Position numbers and translations under genes: made by a program
The notes under the pieces: model-generated
Databases searched by the model: none
Told to the model about the DNA's origin: nothing
Seen by the model: only the letters and a program-made list of their open reading frames with translations
Part shown: positions 9,047-15,153 of the stretch, piece by piece
Layout of the letters: every line of letters starts with the position of its first letter
How positions within the stretch are numbered: the first letter of the stretch is position 1
NCBI RefSeq assembly: GCF_035285525.1
Contig: NZ_JAYKGW010000164.1
Span: forward strand, 1 to 19,463
Origin: Okeania sp.
Lineage (GTDB): Bacteria; Cyanobacteriota; Cyanobacteriia; Cyanobacteriales; Microcoleaceae
Reading direction: 5' to 3'
Length of the DNA: 19,463 bases

Positions 9047-9280
9047 ATGAAAAATTCAGTTGAACCAGAAAAATTTAATCCGTGGAGTTATAAACCTTGG
9101 TGGTGTCAACCTTGGTCAATACTTTTGACCGGAATTACGATTATTAGTGGTAGTTGGTTGATTTTGAGAATGGTTTGGTTAACCGTTGTTGTTTCTATTC
9201 CTATCTTGACTTGGATGGGATTTTTCCTAATAATTTGGCCGAAGTTAATGGCAGAATTAAAAATGTCAAATAAAGTTTGA
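9047..9280 (+). CDS. Small conserved cyanobacterial membrane protein with two predicted TM helices (I recall it as a DUF6737-like family; the name is unverified)
   Basis: The Trp-rich N-terminal motif NPWSYKPWWCQPWSI is followed by two hydrophobic helices. The track ORF opens at TTG 9038. The first ATG is at 9047 (MKNSVEPEKF...). Confidence 0.6.
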   Translation: MKNSVEPEKFNPWSYKPWWCQPWSILLTGITIISGSWLILRMVWLTVVVSIPILTWMGFFLIIWPKLMAELKMSNKV

Positions 9281-9307
9281 TTCTAAGTAGCGATCGCTCT
9301 TAATAAT

Positions 9308-9370
9308 AGAAACCGGGTTTGTATTAAATTCTCAACCACCTAATGTCTAGCTCCCATCAACCCGGTTTCT
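9308..9370. repeat. Inverted repeat AGAAACCGGGTTT...AACCCGGTTTCT (hairpin or MITE-like) downstream of the small membrane protein gene
   Basis: 12-13-bp complementary arms are separated by 38 nt. The same AGAAACCGGGTTTCT palindrome word occurs twice at 126-159. Confidence 0.5.
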
Positions 9371-9433
9371 AATTTAGAAATGTTTAAAACAACAAATCAA
9401 TCTGTTTACTGAAATAACAATTTATTGCTACAT

Positions 9434-10045
9434 TTATTCTGATTTAATTGTATCAATTTCCAAGTTAACTTTTTCGTATAAAACTTCAATAGCAAAAGTA
9501 AATTCAATACTTTCTAATGTAATAGACTCTCCTTCTGTATAGGCACAATAACGCCAAATTTTTCCCTCCCCACGTTGATAAATTTCTACAGAAATTGATT
9601 TTGAATCTACCAAAACATATTCTTGCAAACTAGAAAATTGACGATAATATTTAAACTTATCGCCGCGATCGTATTTTTCTGTACTGGGAGAGAAAACTTC
9701 AATTATTACTTTAGGATGTTCGATAAACTTACGGGATTTTAAATCCTCAGCATTACAACTAATAACTAAAGCTGGATAGAAATAACGACTATTTTTAGTA
9801 TCTTCAACTTTAGCATCAGACATATTAACTCGACATCCTCTTTGGCGGAGATGAGATTTTAGAGCCATACAAAAGTTAATAGCAATATCATTATGAGGAA
9901 GATTCGAGCCAGTCATAGCTATAATTTCACCATCTATATATTCATGGCGAAATTCCTGTTTAGCTTCCCATTCTAGATATTCTTCAGGACTAATTTTTTG
10001 ATGGTTTTGGGGTTGAGCAATCATAAGTTTTTTCTTCTCCAACAT
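9434..10045 (-). CDS. Uma2 (DUF820) family, PD-(D/E)XK-fold putative endonuclease
   Basis: Family pattern EYIDGEIIAMTG..LPHNDI...PKVIIEVFSPSTEKYDRGDKFKYYRQFSSLQEYVLVD. The usual PD motif reads PA (RYFYPALVIS, codon GCT). Confidence 0.85.
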   Translation of the reverse strand: MLEKKKLMIAQPQNHQKISPEEYLEWEAKQEFRHEYIDGEIIAMTGSNLPHNDIAINFCMALKSHLRQRGCRVNMSDAKVEDTKNSRYFYPALVISCNAEDLKSRKFIEHPKVIIEVFSPSTEKYDRGDKFKYYRQFSSLQEYVLVDSKSISVEIYQRGEGKIWRYCAYTEGESITLESIEFTFAIEVLYEKVNLEIDTIKSE

Positions 10046-10136
10046 AAGGTGTTATTAAGAAAGACAAATATTCAACAAACTATTGTAAAATGATTCTTTT
10101 TATGTATATTATATTGTATGTTATGTATAGTATCAA

Positions 10137-10217
10137 AACTTATGCAACATAAGGTGTTTCTGTCATTGCTCGCGAGGTGCGTTTGCGAAGCAGTCCGTCA
10201 GGATAGCAATCTCAAAC
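10137..10217. mobile_element. Truncated copy of the AGGACTTACGCA MITE family (degenerate left end, right end missing)
   Basis: gtgtttctgtcattgctcgcgaggtgcgtttgcgaagcagtccgtcaggatagcaatctcaaac is near-identical to the interior of 10790-10903. Confidence 0.65.
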
Positions 10218-10284
10218 CCCCTATTTTTCCTACCTCATGGCTTTAGTCCTAAAAATCTTCTTTTAAATAAACCATAAAAAAATT

Positions 10285-10791
10285 ATGTCTGCATCCTTAC
10301 CCCAAGGTTTTCCTCAACCTACTCAAGTAAACGTTATCGAAATCAAACAATATCCCCAATACCGCGCTGTCACCTACACCCATACAGGTGATTCCCGGAT
10401 GGCAACCAGAGTCGCTTTCGATCCACTATATCAACATATCAGCACTAATCAAATTGCGATGACAACACCTGTGGAAGCTCGTTATGTCAAAGAAGGGGAA
10501 CAAACAGAGGTATCTTTTCTCTATTCTACTCCAGATATGACTCCCCAAACAATTGATTCTCAGGTGATAGTGAGAGATACTTTGCCAATGACAGTTGTGA
10601 GTATTGGAGTCCAGGGTGGTTATAGTTGGGAGAGCTACCAACAAAATTTGCAAAAATTGAAACATTGGTTGGCGCAACACCCAGAATATGAAGTTGTGAG
10701 TCCACCGAGACGGTTGTTGTATAATTCGCCAATGACACCGGAAGATTTGAAACGGAGTGAAGTGCAAATTCCTATAGAGAGGATTTATTAG
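10285..10791 (+). CDS. SOUL-type heme-binding family protein
   Basis: 168 aa. The pattern IEIKQYPQYRAVTYT...AFDPLYQHISTNQIAMTTPV...VSFLYS...LPMTVVSIGVQGGYSWESYQQNLQKLKHWL...PPRRLLYNSP is typical of SOUL/HEBP-like proteins. The stop codon TAG (10789-10791) lies inside the terminal repeat of the adjacent MITE. Confidence 0.65.
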   Translation: MSASLPQGFPQPTQVNVIEIKQYPQYRAVTYTHTGDSRMATRVAFDPLYQHISTNQIAMTTPVEARYVKEGEQTEVSFLYSTPDMTPQTIDSQVIVRDTLPMTVVSIGVQGGYSWESYQQNLQKLKHWLAQHPEYEVVSPPRRLLYNSPMTPEDLKRSEVQIPIERIY

Positions 10792-10903
10792 GACTTACGC
10801 AGAACAACGTGTTTCTGTTATTGCTCGCGAGGTGCGTTTGCGAAGCAGTCCGTCAGGATAGCAATCTCAAACGTCGAGATTGTGTTCCTCGTGCGTAAGT
10901 CCT
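10790..10903. mobile_element. Complete MITE-like element with terminal inverted repeats AGGACTTACGCA / TGCGTAAGTCCT
   Basis: 12-bp perfect terminal inverted repeats. The interior is shared with 10137-10217 and 3136-3227. No ORF. It overlaps the last 2 nt of the SOUL gene stop codon. Confidence 0.7.
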
Positions 10904-11073
10904 GTTTATTAAAGAAGACAAGGGAGACAAGGGAGACAAGGAAGAAAATCTATTGCACAGTTTTAGCTGCAACAATGCACTACCGGATTGTTTTTGAATG
11001 AATTAATTATCCATTATTCATTATTCATCTATGCTATTATAAATAATGAAAACATGATTGGAGGGGGCTAAAA

Positions 11074-11883
11074 ATGATTACAGAAACATCTCCCAAAACT
11101 GAGTTACTAACCGAAGTTGCTCCTGAGTGGGAACCACCGATGCCACCTACAGACTTAATCTTTGATGATGGAGAACTCTTGGAAAGCAAACGTCACCGTA
11201 TGGCCATGAATGTTTTGATTGATTCCTTGTATCAACATTGGTCAGGTCGCTGCGACTTTTTTGCTGGTGGCAATATGTTTATTTATTACAGTAGCACTCA
11301 AGCCAGAAATCGCGATGACAAAGGTCCTGATTTCTTTGTGGTTTTGGATGTTGATGGCAAGACAGATCGTCAAGGATGGGTAGTTTGGGAAGAGGAAGGT
11401 CGTTATCCTGATATGATAGTTGAACTCACATCTCCTTCGACTGCTAGTGTAGATATTGGCAAAAAAAAGGATATTTACGAGCAAACATTCCGCACTCCAT
11501 ATTATTTCATCTTTAATCCATTTGATGGGAAGTCATTAGAGGGATGGTCTCTGGAAAACAATCGATATCAGAAGTTACAGCCGGACGATCGAGGATGGTT
11601 GTGGTGCAAGAAGTTGGAGTTATGGTTGGGTACTTGGGAAGGAACTATTCAGCAAGAGTCGGCAGTTTGGTTACGATTTTATGATGAACAAGGAAATTTG
11701 GTATTATTGCCAGGAGAAGTAGCCGAACAAGAACGTCAACGTGCCGAACAAGAACGTCAACGTGCTGAACAAGAACGTCAACGTGCTGAACAAGAACGCC
11801 AACGTGCTGAACAAGAACGTCAACGTGCTGAAAGTCTGGCTGCTAAACTAAAAGAGTTAGGAATCGAGCCTGATTCTGTCTAA
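11074..11883 (+). CDS. Uma2 (DUF820) family putative endonuclease with a C-terminal (AEQERQR)x5 repeat tail
   Basis: GPDFFVVLDV...YPDMIVELTSPSTASVDIGKKKDIYEQTFRTPYYFIFNP is the Uma2 core. An RBS-like ggaggggg sits 7 nt upstream of the ATG. The tail is encoded by 21-bp tandem repeats. Confidence 0.85.
   Translation: MITETSPKTELLTEVAPEWEPPMPPTDLIFDDGELLESKRHRMAMNVLIDSLYQHWSGRCDFFAGGNMFIYYSSTQARNRDDKGPDFFVVLDVDGKTDRQGWVVWEEEGRYPDMIVELTSPSTASVDIGKKKDIYEQTFRTPYYFIFNPFDGKSLEGWSLENNRYQKLQPDDRGWLWCKKLELWLGTWEGTIQQESAVWLRFYDEQGNLVLLPGEVAEQERQRAEQERQRAEQERQRAEQERQRAEQERQRAESLAAKLKELGIEPDSV
11722..11832 (+). repeat. In-frame 21-bp tandem repeat (GCYGAACAAGAACGYCAACGT), 5 full copies plus a partial copy, encoding AEQERQR
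   Basis: Copies start at 11722, 11743, 11764, 11785 and 11806 and differ only at synonymous third positions. Confidence 0.9.
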
Positions 11884-11908
11884 TATCAAATCGGTGTTCC
11901 GGTAGTTC

Positions 11909-11936
11909 GTAGGGGCGAACGGCCGTTCGCCCCTAC
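11909..11936. repeat. Perfect 28-bp palindrome GTAGGGGCGAACGGCCGTTCGCCCCTAC (dispersed hairpin family; possible terminator of the Uma2 gene)
   Basis: Self-complementary and 26 nt after the stop at 11883. Degenerate relatives lie at 4449-4473 and 3317-3332. There is no clear T-tract, so terminator function is uncertain. Confidence 0.5.
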
Positions 11937-12015
11937 AATATTGATAATAGGTCTCATTATTAGATTAGAACAGTCTGTATAGAGCCGCAAGCAACATTAG
12001 TTTTTCAAATTCGAT

Positions 12016-12140
12016 ATTGGTTAGCACAGCACCCAGAATATGAAATTGTTAGTCCGCCCAGACGGTTATTGTATAATTCGCCAATGATACCGGAAGATTT
12101 GAAACGGAGCGAGGTGCAAATTGCAGTAGAGAGGAGATGA
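12016..12140 (+). pseudogene. 3'-terminal fragment (41 codons plus stop) of a second SOUL-family gene
   Basis: About 88% nt identity to 10664-10786. It translates in frame as WLAQHPEYEIVSPPRRLLYNSPMIPEDLKRSEVQIAVERR*, compared with WLAQHPEYEVVSPPRRLLYNSPMTPEDLKRSEVQIPIERIY* in the intact gene. No upstream coding part remains. Confidence 0.8.
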
Positions 12141-12272
12141 TATCGCTGACGGGTGAATGTTTACCTAAAAATTGAGAGTATAGCGCTGCGCTGCCGTGCA
12201 ACAGGTAACAGCTCATCTGGCAATAGGGAGAATAAATTGGTGATAATATAAGAGTTTGAGTTATTGGACACC

Positions 12273-12313
12273 TCCTGCAATTTGTAAATATGAAGTGCCC
12301 ACATTGCTATATT
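12273..12313 (+). repeat. 41-bp conserved element (copy 2), 27 nt upstream of the GNAT start codon
   Basis: See 8475-8515; 38/41 identity in inverted orientation. Confidence 0.75.
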
Positions 12314-12339
12314 TCTTTAAGCAGTTATGAAAAAAATTA

Positions 12340-13281
12340 ATGAATCAAATTAATATTCGCTTACTTCAAAAACAAGAATTATCTGAAGCAGATAAAATAT
12401 TTCGATTAGCTTTTGGAACATTTTTAGGTTTACCAAACCCGATAAAATTCTCATTTGATACTAACTATATGCAGCGTTGGTATACCAATCCAAATGCAGC
12501 TTTAGCAGCAGAAATAAACGGTCAATTAGTAGGTTTTAATTTTCTGTCGAAATGGGGTGGATTTGGCTTTTTTGGACCATTATCAGTACATCCTAATTTC
12601 TGGAATCAAGGAGTAGGTAATGAACTCATGTCAGCCACAATGGAATGTTTTAGAAATTGGCAAACTAAACAGATTTCTTTATTCACATTTTCCCAGAGTC
12701 CGAAACATTTACATTTTTATCAAAAATTTGGTTTTATGCCTCATTTTTTAACTGCTATTTGTGCTAAATTAGTTTGTCAAAAACAGCAGGAATTAAAAAG
12801 TATTAGGTATTCAAAAATTACCCTAGAACAACAAAAAGAATGTTTACAAGCTAGCCTTGAATTAACTAATAATATTTATTCTGGATTAGATTTAATATCA
12901 GAAATTTTAGCAGTAGAAAATCAAAGATTGGGAGATACTTTATTTCTTTGGGAAAATGGTAATTTAGAAGGATTTGCTATTTGTCATTATGGTGCAGGTA
13001 CTGAAGCAGGAAGTGATACTTTTTATGTGAAATTTGGTGCAGTTAATTCAGGAATAAAAGGAAGCGATCGCTTTACACAATTATTGAATGAATGTGAAAT
13101 ATTTAGCAAGATTGTGGGAATGTCTAAATTGATAGTTGGAGTCAATACCAGCCGTCACCAAGCTTACCTGCAAATATTAAATATGGGGTTTAAAATTGAT
13201 ACATTAGGAGTAGCAATGCAAAATCCTAATCAACCAGGTTATAACCGTCCAGATGTTTATGTTATTGATGACTTACGGTAG
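12340..13281 (+). CDS. GNAT-family N-acetyltransferase with an N-terminal acetyltransferase domain and a C-terminal GNAT-like or accessory domain
   Basis: The acetyl-CoA motif A, LSVHPNFWNQGVGNELM (Q-x-x-G-x-G/A type), is followed by FYQKFGF. Length is 313 aa. Codon usage is markedly AT-rich. Confidence 0.78.
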   Translation: MNQINIRLLQKQELSEADKIFRLAFGTFLGLPNPIKFSFDTNYMQRWYTNPNAALAAEINGQLVGFNFLSKWGGFGFFGPLSVHPNFWNQGVGNELMSATMECFRNWQTKQISLFTFSQSPKHLHFYQKFGFMPHFLTAICAKLVCQKQQELKSIRYSKITLEQQKECLQASLELTNNIYSGLDLISEILAVENQRLGDTLFLWENGNLEGFAICHYGAGTEAGSDTFYVKFGAVNSGIKGSDRFTQLLNECEIFSKIVGMSKLIVGVNTSRHQAYLQILNMGFKIDTLGVAMQNPNQPGYNRPDVYVIDDLR

Positions 13282-13348
13282 AAAAATTGTCAGGATTCAG
13301 CGATGGGTTATTGGCTTTTTAATAGGTGAAACAAAGATTAGCAAATTT

Positions 13349-13459
13349 GTAGCGGACTGTTTCACCTTAAATAGTGCAATAGTGAAGTTGCTCTGAGATA
13401 ACTTTTTCTTGCCAAGATGGCAAATATAATGCACAGTTTTAGATGAAACAGTCTACTAC
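13349..13459. mobile_element. MITE-like element with inverted ends GTAGCGGACTGTTTCA / TGAAACAGTCTACTAC
   Basis: Complementary ends (14/16) are about 80 nt apart. The internal word tgcacagttttag.tg.aaca also occurs at 10964-10985. Confidence 0.45.
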
Positions 13460-13465
13460 TCGACT

Positions 13466-14104
13466 TTAACTCATTTTCTTCCTCAATTCTCTTAGCATTT
13501 TACTGCTACCCATCGTTAATGCTTGGTTGACTAAATTAGGAATTAATTCTAAAATAGGTAAATTGGGAAAAGTAGGACTGATAGATGATTCCACATATAA
13601 ACCATTGGTAAAAACCTGAATCGTGAATTTTTCTTCTGTGTAAATCCATAATTCCGGAACTGCTAAAGCTTCATAAGTATCAAAAGTAGTTTTAGAAGTT
13701 ACATCTACCTCAATAGCTAAATCTGGAGGTGGGTCTACAGTCATATCTATCCTCATTCGAGAGCGCATTTTTTCACCGTTTTCGATATAAAAACAGGTAT
13801 CAGGTTCTAGACCAACTTTTTTGGCTTTTTTCCTAAAGGTTGTTGAACCGAACTCTTCCCAGTCTCGCTCTTGACTATCCAGCAATACTTTGACTATATC
13901 GCTAATAATGCGGTGCAGTCTTTCGCGAGCGGGTAGGGGAGAGATAATAATTAAAGTTCCTTGAATATAAGCGATTCGTGTTTTGGTTCCGTTAGCTTCT
14001 TTTTCTTCTAGAAATGCTTCAAACTCTTCCCAGGTTAAATCATTTAGGGTAATGAGACTACCAGGGTCAAGCTCGATTTTGTTAATGGGTATGGTGACTG
14101 TCAT
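13466..14104 (-). CDS. Uma2 (DUF820) family putative endonuclease
   Basis: ...RIAYIQGTLIIISPLPARERLHRII...GLEPDTCFYIE...PPDLAIEVDVTSKTTFDTYEALAVPELWIY fits the family core (PD...E.D..S). Confidence 0.8.
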   Translation of the reverse strand: MTVTIPINKIELDPGSLITLNDLTWEEFEAFLEEKEANGTKTRIAYIQGTLIIISPLPARERLHRIISDIVKVLLDSQERDWEEFGSTTFRKKAKKVGLEPDTCFYIENGEKMRSRMRIDMTVDPPPDLAIEVDVTSKTTFDTYEALAVPELWIYTEEKFTIQVFTNGLYVESSISPTFPNLPILELIPNLVNQALTMGSSKMLRELRKKMS

Positions 14105-14105
14105 T

Positions 14106-14132
14106 TCAGTTATTAGTTATCAGTTATCAGTA
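14106..14132. repeat. STRR-like heptanucleotide run (CAGTTAT/TAGTTAT) x4
   Basis: cagttat tagttat cagttat cagtacc. A similar run, cagttatcagttaacagt, lies at 2927-2944. Confidence 0.7.
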
Positions 14133-14136
14133 CCTC

Positions 14137-14158
14137 ATAAACTATTGCGCAATAGTTT
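14137..14158. repeat. 22-bp perfect palindrome TAAACTATTGCGCAATAGTTTA (family copy 2)
   Basis: Self-complementary. It lies between the PIN pseudogene stop (14180) and the Uma2 start (14104), and is followed by ataacagcaattatc as in copy 3. Confidence 0.75.
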
Positions 14159-14179
14159 AATAACAGCAATTATCAATTA

Positions 14180-14608
14180 TTAAGGTATCTTTTGAAATCC
14201 CATACCGACTTGAATAAAATGGGCATCTCCGGTTAAAACATATTCAATACCAAATTCTGTCATTACCACCATTGAAGTCAAGTCAGTAAATGAAATTAGG
14301 GGTTTATCGACAAACTTAGTCTTTAATTCTTGTGCTTTAAAAAAACGCTCTTCCGTAATTCAAACCAGATTGAATTTTTCTGCCTTAAAAACCTCTATCA
14401 ACAATTTCATAGACTTATTTGCCAGAGTAGGATTTAGTCTCTTGAAAAACAATGTAAAAGTTTCATCTAAGACATAATCTGTTGTATAAATTCTCTGATT
14501 TTGAGAGGTAAAATACCGATACAAATTTACAGTTTCCTGATGTTTTGATTCATTTTTATCGTGCAGGGTTAACCATCCCTATGTGTCTATAAAAAGTTTA
14601 TTATCCAT
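14180..14608 (-). pseudogene. PIN-domain (VapC-like) toxin gene with two in-frame stop codons
   Basis: A single frame reads MDNKLFIDT*GWLTLHDKNESKHQETVNLYRYFTSQNQRIYTTDYVLDETFTLFFKRL...KFNLV*ITEERFFKAQELKTKFVDKPLISFTDLTSMVVMTEFGIEYVLTGDAHFIQVGMGFQKIP. TAG is at 14579-14581 and TGA at 14360-14362. The four PIN acidic positions (FIDT, LDET, FTDL, TGDAHF) are conserved. The ATG is 4 nt after the antitoxin stop. Confidence 0.75.
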
Positions 14609-14612
14609 AAAG

Positions 14613-14855
14613 TTATGAATCAATATTTTGAGCTAGAGAACCACATTCTACTGCAGCAATAAAGTCAGCTAAAGGATCGCTTTCTTTCAAAGTTTCTTTT
14701 TTCTCAAAGGGAGGAGAAAAAAGTTGTTCTTGGGAGTAAAGCAAAAAGTTGACAAACTGTAAAACTTCTGGGATTTTATGCTCTGGTAATTTCTCAATTC
14801 TTCTTTGCAATTCTTCTTTGATATTTTCCATAGATTTCATTGATTTTATCTCCAT
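14613..14855 (-). CDS. Putative type II antitoxin (DUF2281-like) paired with the PIN pseudogene
   Basis: RRIEKLPEHKIPEVLQFVNFLLY resembles the DUF2281 LPE..L.EV.DFV.FL motif. It is a small acidic protein immediately upstream of a PIN gene. The start is ambiguous (Met at 14855, 14840 or 14831). Its 5' end overlaps the DUF4926-like ORF by up to 62 nt. Confidence 0.55.
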   Translation of the reverse strand: MEIKSMKSMENIKEELQRRIEKLPEHKIPEVLQFVNFLLYSQEQLFSPPFEKKETLKESDPLADFIAAVECGSLAQNIDS

Positions 14856-15075
14856 TTGTTACTTTAAAACTAAAACTATTGCCCAATAGTTTAATAACAC
14901 CAATTATCCCATTTTTATTAGCAAATTCTACCTCAAAAGCTTTTCCTAGATCGTAAATTTCTACCACAGTTTCTGCTTTACCTCTAGGTAATATTATTTC
15001 TTGATCCGTCATAAATTGTGTAGTTTTCATATTTTTTGTTAAAGCTACAGTATCATGTAATCTTATTTCATTCAT
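14794..15075 (-). CDS. DUF4926-like small protein
   Basis: LHDTVALTKNM...ILPRGKAETVVEIYDLGKAFEVEFANKNG fits my recollection of the DUF4926 pattern (D.V.L...p...L..G..GtVVe....g.fEVEF.d..G). The 3' third contains palindrome copy 3 and overlaps the antitoxin ORF, so the true C-terminus is uncertain. Confidence 0.5.
   Translation of the reverse strand: MNEIRLHDTVALTKNMKTTQFMTDQEIILPRGKAETVVEIYDLGKAFEVEFANKNGIIGVIKLLGNSFSFKVTNGDKINEIYGKYQRRIAKKN
14873..14892. repeat. Palindrome family copy 3, AAACTATTGCCCAATAGTTT (one central mismatch)
   Basis: Followed by aataacaccaattatc, as in copy 2. It lies 18 nt upstream of the first antitoxin Met codon and inside the 3' part of the DUF4926-like ORF. Confidence 0.7.
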
Positions 15076-15100
15076 AGGTTAGTTCTTTGTTATTAAATAG

Positions 15101-15143
15101 TTTAGCGATCGCCTCTTGTAGATGAAAAGGAGCGATCGCTAAA
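15101..15143. terminator. HIP1-containing hairpin TTTAGCGATCGC-N19-GCGATCGCTAAA between the dynamin-like gene and the DUF4926-like gene
   Basis: 12-bp perfect inverted repeat, located 11 nt after the dynamin-like stop on the minus strand. The T-tract is weak, so the terminator call is tentative. Confidence 0.35.
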
Positions 15144-15153
15144 TTGGTTTTAC

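Noticed and set aside
10917-10945. 9-bp repeat gacaaggga x3 as a functional site
   Set aside because: It is only three short copies, similar to generic STRR-type microsatellites common in these genomes, and nothing links it to a function.
14794-14905. Palindrome copy 3 as an insertion that destroyed the DUF4926 C-terminus
   Set aside because: The residues encoded across the palindrome (GVIKLLGNSFSFKV) still loosely align with the expected DUF4926 C-terminal strand. I therefore cannot distinguish an insertion from a native sequence or from a lost stop codon without homologues.
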